Assembly (NCBI GenBank): GCA_001949185.1
Contig: BDGG01000001.1
Span: 7,452,149-7,516,148, forward strand
Direction of reading: 5' to 3'
DNA: 64,000 bases
DNA from: Ramazzottius varieornatus
Lineage: Eukaryota; Animalia; Tardigrada
Below are positions 18,973 through 30,911 of the stretch, one piece after another. A program made the position numbers and the translations under genes. The first letter of the stretch is position 1; each line of letters opens with the position of its first letter. Under the pieces are notes generated by a model. The model worked only from the letters and a program-made list of their open reading frames with translations. It had not been told where the DNA came from and did not search any database.

Positions 18973-19568
18973 GTAGAGCCGTAGGTCCCAGCTTCATCGT
19001 CACTTGAGGTGAGGGTAGCACTGGCCCATCTTCCAGCTTCCGGTGCAGATGTCGGAAGGCTGGGTTAGATGATCTTGGACAGAAGACCTGCATGCAAGAT
19101 TGCTTAGACTAGAGAAACGCTCCTGAAGGCATTACTGGACTCACCCGAGCTTTGAGACCTCTCTGTCGACCGAATAGAATAGATTCCTGGATCGCGGCCG
19201 TGGCGTTCTCGAGCGAGGGTGAAAACGAATAGGACTTTAGGAGTATCGACTATCGAGTGCGCTGAGAAAATCCGGAGACGTGTGACATGATCAGAGTTCC
19301 GCCATGACCAAGGAAGGAAGGAAATTTATTAGCCTCGACAATCTAGTCAACGGCCTCATCGATGTTCAGAGGAATTACCAACACTGTATCAGGTATAAAA
19401 ACGAATCAGTTGCGCACCAAAGAGAAGTATCGTTGGAAGACAAACCAAGATGGCAGGAAAATTCTCCGCTCCAAAGAGCAGGTAGTCACATTGGAGCAAA
19501 ACCGTACAATCAACTGAGACACCATGGTTAGTATGGTATACAGTGAGGTTAAAAATGAGAGCAGGTCC

Positions 19569-20042
19569 TCATCCGAACTTCCAGGGAGTAATGCTTATGT
19601 TGGACGACCAATTCTCCGCTTTCAGGGGAACATCCACATCGCTGGTGTAGATTCCGATGCGTCCGACAGTTGAAGACTTAGTATCGTCAGGACCGATGGG
19701 GACGATGCGGACGAAACGAGGCTTCACCCGATCCCTTGCAGGATACTTCGCTTCCGCAGCTTCTAGCACTCTCCTCTTCATCGCTTCTTCCATCTTGAAC
19801 CGAAGCAGCAGGATATTGTCGCGGAGGTCGTAGGTTGGTAGGTGCACATTAATAACGGTATCTTCGTCCGGACTTGTTACAAACAGGGGAGCCCCAGGGA
19901 CTTCCGCACCCCTTCGTCTTCATATTGACCACAGCATTCCTATACCTTTCCAGGAGGGTGTCTTGTTCCGGGAGGTGGGAAGATTCATGGCCTTTAGCTG
20001 CTGTTTCAGGGATTCTTTCGATAGAATAGAAGGATCCGCCAT
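19569..20042 (-). pseudogene. Frameshifted SAP-domain-containing sequence
   Basis: MADPSILSKESLKQQLKAMNLPTSRNK /frameshift/ DTLLERYRNA matches the SAP motif. A second partial repeat HLPTYDLRDNILLLRFK lies in another frame. Confidence 0.5.
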
Positions 20043-20179
20043 GGTAATAGATACAGGTTGATTGCTCATTGCTCGAAAGAGCACGGAGTTTAATGACTGC
20101 CTGATTGTGATTGACAAATTGACAAACCACGATTCCCCAGGACATGACATGATATGACATACTCCTCCATACAGACGGC

Positions 20180-22849
20180 CGGCGGTGGTCCGCCGGTGGA
20201 CGGATGATTTGCTCAGGGAATTACTGAAAACACGGGACGGCACAACATCACCGAGTACAGCCTAACTCACAAGGGATTAACGCCAGTCTGTCCACTCTGA
20301 TCCTCAAACCAATATGATAGCATGATAGAGCAGAGTTTGCTCCACAAACTGAGATAAACTAAATCGGCGAAATGAAATTCTGGAAGACGCCACAGGAAGC
20401 GGAAGTGACGTCAAATTCAGGGCGGATCACCAATGGGACAGCAAATCAACTGATTTGATTGCCTGATGGGTGATTTGATATTGATTGAACCAGTTGCGCT
20501 TGTACTCTACGCTAAGCCAAGCGCGATCAGTTTTGCTGTGCCTGTTGCTTCATTGCTCTTACATTCATCATTCCGTTACTGCGGGATTTCCACTGTCGCC
20601 CGAAATGGATTTCGTTAATCCGATGAATGTGTTGAAGCTTCTGGAGGAGGACTACAAGCAGCTCTTCCAACTGGATGGACAACCGAGCGAGGCTGATAAG
20701 CAGTTAAAAGAACTCGTCAAAGGTATTGCACTGTTGCCGTTTACTATGGCTGACATTGATATGAGATATTCCACCTTTCTGTTTCTGTTTCAGAATTTAT
20801 GGATGCTAAAATCAACCGAGCAGGTAGTTCTTCGTTGGCACTTGAAGAAGACCTGCAATATGAACTGCAAACAGACGTGCAGATGTTCGAAGAGTTCCAG
20901 AAGTTGGTTGCTGCGTCTAATCAGCTGGCTGAACCCGACGAAAATCCTAGCCAAGAAGATAAAGTCGTCGAGCCTCTCTCCAGTGGAACGGAACCATCGT
21001 CCAACGAATTCTATGTCCCGCGAATACCGAACCCAAAACAGCCGCCAAGTAACGCAGTCACCCTCGACTACAAGAAACGCTCCGTCGATTTCTGGAGGAA
21101 TGTCGCTACGAAGAAACGACGTAGCCTTTCGTGTGTCCAGACCAAGTTCAAGAAAGTCACAAGTATTCGACAACTCCAAGAATGGGAACGACATGTTGCT
21201 GAGGGCGGTTCCAGATATGATAAGCTGAAGGCGCTGCGTTTGGAGACTGGCAAGCAGTTCTTCCTGGCCAAGCAGAAGCCTCATATTGTGAAAGATATGG
21301 ATATTCGACGTTGGGCTGTTACTGCGAACCGAACCATTGGCCTGGTGGGTTTCACGGCGTCTCCGGACTGGGTGGGAAAGTTGAAGAGGTAAACACATTG
21401 AAATATTAAAATGAAATATGTATCATTGCTTACGCAGATCACTTCAACCGAGACTTTCGCTCACGAAATACTGCGCCACACTAACGGGGTCGATATTGTA
21501 GGTATTACGGCATCGTCGATCGGAAGATCACAGAAGCTCCGCAAGTAAAGAAAACTGCGGAGGAGTGTGTCGTCCTTGTCAGATCGAGGATCTCAGATTA
21601 CGGCTTGGACTGTGTGTAGAACACGGATCAGTCTGGGTTCGATTACGAGATGAGACCAGGGCGCACACTGCATCTGGCCGGCGCAAAACATGTTCTTGCG
21701 ATCTGTCAGTCGGAGGACTTCATGACGCATAGCTACACAATTATGATGACCATTTCGCCCGGCACGCGCAAGTTTCTCCCACAACTGTGGATCACTCTCC
21801 AGGAGGACAAAGGAGGTCCTATTGTGGCAAGGACAATGTTTAAAGCTGAGAATCTGTATGTCACTGCTTCGGCTTCGGGCAAGATGAGAAAGAAGCTCTA
21901 CTTGGAATGGTGTGAAAAGATATTGTTTTCTCATGTGGAAGATCGCTGCATTCTGCTGGCCGATTCGTGGAGAACCTGACCAAGAAGCTGTTTTTGAATT
22001 CAAGCCTGAAGAACTGGAATACGAAATGATCACGATTCCTCCGAAAGTGACTGGTGATATCCAACCACTGGACAGACTCTTCCTCCGAATGTATAAAGAC
22101 TTCTTCCGGAAGATCTCCAGTTTCATCATTTTGCACAGCCTTCCACTTCAAGTTCATCATCGACACGTAATCCTCAAGATGCATTCTTTGGTTTACCAAC
22201 AGTTTCAGTCTTCCCGGTCTGGAGACCTAGTGAACCAGGCCTGGCATCTGTGCGGCTATACTGACGAGTCCTTTGACTATGTAAATCCTACTGAATTCTC
22301 TTTCCCCAAGAAGTTGACTGGTCATTGCGACCATGAAAACTGCGACGACCGGCTTTTGCTCAAGTGCGGCTGGTGCAAAGCTCCTCTCTGCTCCCACCAC
22401 TTCTACGATCAGTATCACCTCTGCAAAATTTATCTTCCATGAGTTCAGTGAAATTTTAGACTGTGCTAGTATAGTTGGTCATGTCATGTCGATGTAAGAA
22501 TTTGACGTCACTTCCGCTTCCTGTGGCGTCTTCCAGAATTTTGTTTCGCCGATTTAGTTTATCTCAGTTTGTGGAGCAAACTCTGCTCTATCATGCTATC
22601 ATATTGGTTTGAGGATCAGAGTGGACAGACTGGCGTTAATCCCTTGTCAGGAACGGCAATCAGTCGATCGAAATTTTTCAAATGGAAAATACCGTTCTGA
22701 ATATCGTTCGAACACCAGGTCTCCTGTTCAGCAGGGCAGAATCTGCGCACTGATGCCAAAATGGTCCGTTCTAATAGTTCGTGCCGGGTCATACGTCACA
22801 GCTAAGAAAACCTCGATATTAGGCTTAGAGAATCATCCGTCCACCGCTG
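20180..22849. mobile_element. hAT-type MITE (ends C(A/G)GCGGTGG..CCACCGCTG) interrupted by a Tc5 insertion
   Basis: 8-bp duplication CAGACGGC at 20172-20179 and 22850-22857. A homologous copy lies at 28145-28699. Confidence 0.8.
20270..22646 (+). mobile_element. Tc4/Tc5-type (pogo superfamily, DDE_1) DNA transposon, copy 1, defective transposase
   Basis: ~149-bp TIRs starting CAAGGG (2 mismatches) and a TCA duplication in CTCAG. Transposase runs 20606-22442 with two introns, NTDQSG/LADSW/QPLD and a Cys/His tail CGWCKAPLCSHHF. It carries a premature TAG (~21617), a deletion and a frameshift (~21976). Confidence 0.92.
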
Positions 22850-23859
22850 CAGACGGCACAGGAACGGAAGCCACAGTCTGTTGCCACAGTCCTCTGGCTC
22901 CTCAGTCTCTGCGCAGGATACTCGTTTTTCTCTTCGCAGTTTGTAGAATCTGGGGATAGAACGGGCAAATCGGATGACTGTTTAGCTTCTACTGGAATCT
23001 GCATCTTGATGTAAGTGCACTAACGTCGTTGTAGCGAGAATTTCCTTCGGAATTTAAAATTAGAATTTTTGTACGAGAGTTCGAGTACGACGAGTGTACG
23101 ACTGACAGGGATTTCCTCAAGGTATTAAGCCAGCCCTGCAGGCAGCGCTTCGATAGAAGTATATAAGCTGGAAGCTGTCAGTTGTTTAGGACTCTTTTTC
23201 CTTCAGTTGAGTTTTCATCAGTAAAGTGCAGTACAAACTTCAGCTTTTGCCGGTCTTCTGAAAAGCCTAACTGGCTGACTGACAGGTCTACGAGGTCTTT
23301 CAATCTTCCTTGGTGGATAAACCTGTCGATGGTCAGCGAAGCCTGAGGTTCCTGTACGATCCAAGTCGAGGACGCTTCGCTAAGGCCTTTTGGAATACCG
23401 GGATCAACTGGCGTCTGGAAGGCTTGTGGAGTGGGGTTTTGTGTTGGACAACAGGCAGAGCGCCGGTACCATCAGGTTCTCTATCAGCTCGGAGTTTAGC
23501 TGAAGCTGACGTCCGTTTAAAGTTCCGCGCTAGTCGGACGATAAAAATTATTAATCGAGGTGCAGTGTGAATTAGCCCACCGCCTGAGCCAGCAATGTTG
23601 TGCAGGCTTTTTGCCGTGGTGAGAGTTCTTTACGCTACATCGTGATACAGCATTGGAGTGAGACTACCGCTTTCTTAGCAGTTATTCGTGTGTGCGAACA
23701 GTGCGATCCGGTCTGCACAGCGAAAGATGTCGCCGAGCGCGTTTGGATGGAATGATACGTGTTCCGCCATGGAGAAAGATGCAGAGTCAACCCGACAAAG
23801 AGCGAAGCGTTTCTTGTTGGCTGCGCAAATGAGGTAGAAGACTGGAACACTGCCGAGAA

Positions 23860-24830
23860 ATGGACAAGCATCTAGCTGATGTGACCACAGCTCAGCTCCA
23901 GCATTTTCCCGAGGGTCTTCTGGACGAGCTTTTCTAGCATGTTGACTTCAAAAGCTGTTGTCACTTCGTCGGTGATGATCCCTTCCATATCTTATCAAGT
24001 CTGTTAAAGTCAGTTTGCTGGCTCGTCGAGCTACTGCCCCGCCTTGTTTTTCTGCAGTCTCTGTTATCGTTAAAACTTGGAACACTGCACGGTCGAGAGA
24101 TGCAGCTCCGTTTCTCCAGCACGTCGCCTGCGCGCTGTACCATAGCTGTCCTTACAGCGAAGATCTTACTGGTGATCGGCTCAAGAAGCTTGTTGGTGAC
24201 GTTGTGGCGTTGGCCAAGAAACCGGCAACTTTTCTGATGTTTGATTGCAACGTGAGAGTCCTACCACAAAGGCGTCTTTTTGTAACAGGTACAGTGCAAA
24301 CTGGGCTTCGCTGCTCTACACTATGTAGCTGCTTGCATATCCGGTATCATACAAATTAAATCTTAAAAATTAATGCTGCTTTTTCCAGCGCTCTTCTGGG
24401 AGTTCTATGAAGAAAAACTTGCAGCAGGCGGAGAACGGTACTGCAGGGTCAATAAGTTGATCTACACGAACACGATTGTCCATTCCTATCCTCTTCGTCG
24501 CCCAGTGGTCCGTCGAGCTGGCTTCCGAACGGCTGTGTATCACAGTGCGCTACACGTTCAACTTTTCGAGCTGGGCTTTGCCTTCGTGCGGGAGGAGAAT
24601 GAGGGCTGGGCTGCAATTGTCAACTGCGGCGAGTTTCGAGTGGAAGTTGTGGGGACTGACGCATACCTACTGTCAGAGCACGACGAGGATCTGATGGACG
24701 GTCCGGTCAGTCGATACGAGGCTGAACTGTAGGCTGAATCCGGTTGGCACATACTTTTCGATCAAGAAGTTCGATTCGGTGACTGGGAAAGATCTGCTGG
24801 ACGTGAACGCGTCGATCGAGGCTGATGGGA
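23860..24830 (+). pseudogene. Probable decayed F-box-like gene
   Basis: MDKHLADVTTAQLQHFPEGLLDELF*HVDFKSCCH resembles an F-box with an in-frame stop. It is followed by a frameshift, a GT-AG intron (~24289-24388) and coding-like ORFs with further stops. Confidence 0.35.
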
Positions 24831-25918
24831 ATGACTACCCGAAAGACTCGCCTTGGTCGAGCAAATCATGAAGCTTTTTGTGAGACTTGCTTTTTATTCT
24901 GCAATCTAGTGACGTATGAAACGGTGAATGCGTTACTTCCGATTCAATCCTGACAATGAAGAGGCGCTAAAACATTATCGCGACGAAGATTTTCTTGGGT
25001 TTGCGTCCAAAGCTCACCCTCTGGTTGTATTCGCTATTCAGCCGTATGAGGTACGTCAAAGAGATGAACGCCTGATTCGTTTTTCGTATCGTGAAAGTGA
25101 GTCCCTGAACTGACGGCAGAATTCGTATAGTTCAATGTTTACAGGCTTCGTAGTTTGTCCATTTGTGTTCAGAGCGCGTTCTCAAATTCGACCAACCTTA
25201 TGTTTTCATATGATCCAAATGGGCTACGGTAAGAAATCGCTGTATAGAAATGAAGATCCGTTACGCGACTAGCGCTGGATCTTATGTACTGGCTCGAAAC
25301 TGGGCTTAATTTCGTATTTCACGTCGGTTTTTGCAGCAGCGTGCAGTGTTTTTATTGTTCTGACTCTCGTGGTATCCAGGGCGTGCTCCTAGCCCTCTAG
25401 GAGTCTTCCGCATTTTGTGATCTTCTGCAGGCGGTTTCAAGTGGGCTAGGTCGACGGTTCCTCGTAAAAACGACATATCCTTATTCGTTTAGCAGGCGTG
25501 GTGGATTTTCTACGAGACTAAAATGTGAATATTATGGTGAGCCGGGCGATTCGAAATTCCACAGGGTCTCTGACGGAGCTCCGGCACATCCAGCTAACAT
25601 TCTTCTCGAGCTACGGCAGTCATCTTATCCAGATAAAAGAGAGCAGAGTTAACCAAAAATTGGCCCTTTATCAAGATAATTCAACGACTTCTATTGCCGC
25701 TACTACCACCGCGCCATCACTGGAGCATATTGTTACTAGGCGAACGAGCGAGCTGCTGCAGCATTGGATAGCGAATAGACTTCCTGCTGAAAGGACCACA
25801 TTTTCATGAATATTTAGTAGATCGAAAATTCTGAACTTACCTACCGAAAGAAAAAAAGTACCAAACAGCTTACACAGATGTCGAAAAAAGTTTGAAGATG
25901 GATCTAGAATGAGATAGT

Positions 25919-27010
25919 TTAGCTGGAGCATCTCAGCGAAGTCCCTTTATTCAGGTTGTGCATGTCCGCGTCTTGCATCTCAATGACCACATGGAATGAG
26001 CTATTCCAGACCGACTGGTTACCCCACTGAGGTAATGCAAAGGGCTGGCGAAAAATCTGGGCATTCTGATAGGTCGTCACGTAGTTTCCCAGTTGTTCCT
26101 TCCCAGAAAGCTCCGCACGGATAATGAAGTGGTCCCATCCCTGAGCCCGGAAGACCTCCGTGGTCCGTTGTGTGTCCAGCAGAACCGTATAGTCTTCCCG
26201 CGAGCACACCAGCACCCGCACTTTGCCGTCTCGGAAGTTCGTACACGGTAGTCGCAGACTCAGCTTTTTGACTTGCAATCCTACAAACAACACAGCGCGA
26301 CCTGGTTGATCGAGTGAGACGGAGGCAAGCGAACTCAATAAAATCGTTTTCCCAAGTGGCGCACGTCGTCGGTGTCATTAGCACAACGTGTGCGCTACTC
26401 GGAGGACAGGGCAAGATCGTTTTTCAAGTGACGCACAATTTCTGCAAATAACACTGACAAGGTGCGCCACTTTGGAAACAATCTTGTCGAGTTTGTCGAA
26501 ACAATTTAGCCGAACTTCCGATGCGAAATCTGGGTCGGGAATTCTGTACGTACCAGCTTCCCTCAGGTCGAACCGATACTCGATGAATCCGTCTAGAATA
26601 TTTCCTTCCGGAGTCACGTGTATATTTTCCCGGGTCAGATAAGCCATCTTCCAGTCATGCTCCATCACGTGCGCAATGTTACAGTACCTCCACGCACAGC
26701 TTTGCCATCTGGTGGGTCCCGTTGTCCCGGTGCCTGTGTTGGGAAGTCTAGGTTGAAGGTACGCGTCGTCCACAGCGTTGTAGAGGACTTCCATGGTTTT
26801 ACCGTCGCGCTCTGGTCCCCGAGGAGAAAAGACGTGTCCTGGTTGCCAAATTTTGAGTCCATTATCCACGTAAAGTCGCGATGTCGGGTCGCAGGAGATT
26901 GGTGGTCCGAACTCTTCTTGTGGGGCGTCCAGCTGATCATGAGATGATGAGCTGAAAGAGGGAAAACGATCCGGGGGAAACACGAAGTTTGGGGTGCCCT
27001 TCGGTTCCAT
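25919..27010 (-). CDS. Stand-alone PAW (PNGase C-terminal mannose-binding) domain protein, 2 exons
   Basis: Exons 27010-26554 and 26280-25919. IAHVMEHDWKMAYLTRE, FIEYRFDL..GLQVKKLSL and AELSG..YQNAQIFRQ resemble the NGLY1 PAW domain. Confidence 0.75.
26320..26520. repeat. Intronic hairpin element, locus 7, double core (PAW gene intron)
   Basis: Two cores, both N25. Confidence 0.85.
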
Positions 27011-28144
27011 GCTCGAAGGAGTGAGCTTGATGTGTCACTTCCACGCGACAGTGCGGTCCTTGAGGATGCAACAAAGATCTGACAGAGTCCGACGAAGTAA
27101 ACTTCTGAAGTCTGCGACTCTGCACTCGAGTCTGCAGAATCGATGGAGAGTTGGAGACTGGAGAAAATGGAAACAGCTGATTTTTGTTGTGGTTTTTTAG
27201 GGATGTTGACATGTGGGTATTGTAAAATTAGAATTCTTAATCATACGAAAATTCCGAAAACAGCTTTTTCCCTAAAAATGAATGACACTATTTTTCCCCT
27301 AAAATTGTGCAAATGTGGAGAATTATGATTTTTATTAATCAACTGCTGCGTCTCGAGTATTCATGGCTTTTCACATTCAATGCGATAAGCAGCGTGGGCG
27401 ATGCACATTCAACCCGTCTGTACTGTGATTCGGCCAACAAGGAAGTGTACATGAGACAAGCCAAAGTAAAGCTGAACAGAGACTGGTAGAACGTCAAAAG
27501 CGCGTCGACGATAGACCTACTCCGAAAGAGCTCCGCGTTGCAGGTCTCGACGAAATCCGCAAGAACCAACTCATCGACGAAATTACCCAGTCCGTATCCT
27601 CTGACAAGCAAGAGAAACGGATCGCTTACGTCAAGTCAATGCACAACGAGCCGATGGACGAAGATTCGGAAGACGAAAGCAATGGGGGACTCGACGAGGA
27701 GCAATTACGAATGTATTTCCTCAACATATCACTCTAATATTTCATTCTTTTATGGTATCTTGATTTGTATGTTTCTATCTCATTTGCGTTTTCAAACGTC
27801 ATTGCAGTTCTAATGTTCAGTTTCAAATCATATTTCAGTTTCATTTTAGAATGTTGCGTTCTCGAAATTTTCATCTTTTCACCCCTGGTTTTCACGTCAA
27901 TATCTTCCGTCTCGCAAGTCTGACAGTATTTCTGAAACGCGCGATAGAGAGCTCTTCAGTTGCTCCATCGCATCATACAAAAGCCCTCGGATCGCCCTCA
28001 GGTGCCAAAACGCAAAAAGTCGATTCCTGAGCAGCTGGGATAAATTCATGATTACGCATTCTAATCTGACAGTACCCGTATCACATACGACATGCACGAT
28101 GACGATAGTATGAAATTACCAAGCATACATGAAGACATCACTTC

Positions 28145-28699
28145 CAGCGGTGGACGGATGATATTACAGACATTAAGTTGCCACCGCCAGATGAAAGTCC
28201 CACTGTAGCTAGGACGAGTTGCAACGTCACTCATAAGCGCAGCAGCTGATCATAACTTTGAATAGTTAGGCAGCCACCATGCTTCCCTCTGCCAGCTAAC
28301 CGTAACTCCGATTACGCTATTTTTCGAAGATAAGGGGAACGCCGGAAAGCAAAATGTAGTTACACGTCACGAAAGGGGCGGAGCAAGGCCGTAGCTACAG
28401 TTGCAAAGTGAACGGGAGTGGCAACTTAATCTCTATATTTTCTCAGCGAATTACTGGAAACACGGATCGGCGCAACGTCACCGAGTACAGCCTAGCTCAG
28501 GAACGGCAATCAGTCGATCAAAACTTTTCATACGAAAAATATTGTTCCGAACGTCCGTCGAACATCAGGTCTACTGTTCAGTGGGGTGGAATCTGGGCAC
28601 TGATGACAAAATTATCCGTTCTAATAGTTCATGCCAAGTCATACGTGACACCTGAGAAAATCTCGATATTAGGCTGAGAAAATTATCCGTCCATCGCTG
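28145..28699. mobile_element. Second copy of the hAT-type MITE, with a nested small TIR element (~28163-28437)
   Basis: Ends CAGCGGTGGACGGAT..ATCCGTCCATCGCTG. It shows the empty CTCAG site. The nested insert is bounded by TACAGACATTAAGTTGCCAC..GTGGCAACTTAATCTCTATA. Confidence 0.78.
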
Positions 28700-30911
28700 T
28701 TATTTTACTATCACTTTTGGAATTTTCATTCCTATTACTACCATTAAAATTCTACCACGCTTCATAATTTTGATTGCAGGAAACGGTTCTCGTAGAATTG
28801 TCTATTATCTATTAATTTTACTATTAGCAGAATCAAATTTTTATTATTATAATTGTGGGGCGATGGAAACTGGCACGTTTCACGCCATGGTGGCGCATTG
28901 TTAGCTCTCCTGTCGTTGAATTAATGCACCGCAGCATAACAAAACGCACAATTCACGGTGCGCGAAAACGAAACTATGTGGTGCGCAGCTCGTTTTCCAC
29001 AACCCGGTGCGCAAACAGTACCTAGGATACGTTTCGCGGATGTTGCCTAATGTCAGACAGTAGAAACGATGCAGAAAATACCATGGGTTGCGCAGTTTCA
29101 ACCCCCTTTCCGCATTTCAGTCCCATTCTAAGTGCAGTTTTGCCTAATTTCAATTATCTATTTTACTATTCCAACATCCAGCCAATTTAACTATCATTTC
29201 ACCATATAGTAAAATCCGTCGGCTGGGTTTGGCGATTTTAATCATGATAGTAGAATTTAAAAGAGCCGGTTTTCGGCCGTTTTCAATTATCTATTACAAT
29301 CATTAAAATAACACTGGCCGACATCCCACGTAGTATCCGTCCATCTACAGGCTTCCAAAAATAATATTCTCGACAGAAGAACACTCTTTAATTTCGATCG
29401 GGGGTTCATGGCGGAGTTTTGTAGGCGATGTCTTGCTGCAACTGGACTACGTTCAGAAGAGCCTTCCTCAACAGATTCACTTTCCAATCTTCCCCACATC
29501 ACTTCATACCATACGACAGAAGGCAAACGAGATCTTCCAGAACATTTTAGCTTTCATCCTTCAGCCAGTAGACAAGTACCTGGAAGGTATCGCTTCGTTG
29601 TCCAGTTGGACCAACAGTGCGTCCAAGTACACTGCCGCTGATCACTTCAATCCAAACGCGCGTCACGGCCTAAAAATCTGACGGACCAGACTATGTGGCC
29701 AGGGTAGAGCACTGGGCCGCAGGTCCAAAAGTACGCTGTAACTGTGCTGCGCACACACCAGGGCGCTGTACACTGCGCTGTGCTGCACAACTTTCAGGCC
29801 CACTGGCTAAGCAGCTGTGCTGCAGTTGCACGTTGACCTGGTGCAACTGCGCGGAACGCCGATGTATTGACGTGGTTTGTGAATCAGTCAGCGGAATCGG
29901 TAGTCAACCTGGAGAACGTTGCCCTAAAGTACGGCAAAGCTGAGACGGCTGACGTTTGAATGCCCAAAAATTAATTTTTGTTAGGTTTCGGTAGGTGCAT
30001 CTGCGCAGTAGTCTATGGTTTTCTGCTGTACCACAGCACAGCTACAGTACAGTGCATGCGGCAGGATTCCGTGCTCTATGGCAAAGTTCCTGGGAAGTTC
30101 GGAGTCACGGCGTAGAGGCATAGTCGAGCAAATCTAGGAAGGGTGACCCAGGGGTAGGGGTCGAGGCTTGCCATGTGAAGGCCGAGAATTTTCTAGAGTT
30201 GCTGGAAATTTTCAGTTGACTAGTGTGGGCGGAGCATAACGGAGCGATTGGCCGCAGCTACGACATAGCCTGCACTCGTAGCCAGCTGGCTGTACGTACG
30301 TGCCAGATGGCTGCCAGGGGGTAAGTGGGAAAATACCCCATAGACGGTGTCAGCTGGCCTTTAAAAGCCGGCACGCGATGCAAAAAAATTTTGATGTTGT
30401 TTAGTCTCACAGGCACCACATCAACAACGGAAGCATCCCCGTAAGTTGCGTGGGGCTCTGGGAAAAAGCGATATCAGATGAAGAAAAATAATATAGCAGT
30501 TCTGATGAGTTTTGCTTTCAATATGAGTCGCTTGAAAGACTTTGACACGTTTGATAATAGTCTTCAACATATGGAATTGTACAATGCTGGTCCCTCCAAG
30601 CTGGACCCCCGGTATAAATCTGGGCCCCTGTGTCAAACTGCCCCGAAATCTCGTGGACCGAGACTCGCTTTTACCATTGTGGGCCGGAAAATCTCATGGA
30701 CCGCGGGTCCACAAGGAGACTGGCTGACGCGCACTTGCTTCAATCTGTTTCAATTTTGAATTTTCAGTTTTTCGACAGAAGTTTTCCTCAAAAGGTTTCT
30801 GCAGGCTCTGCACCTCGGTCTTCTTCGTCCAATGCTGCGCTGCGGTAGAGGATTAAACGGTTATGTTCTGGCGCTTCTGATTAGCACTGCGTTCGGGGCA
30901 ATTGGAACAGC

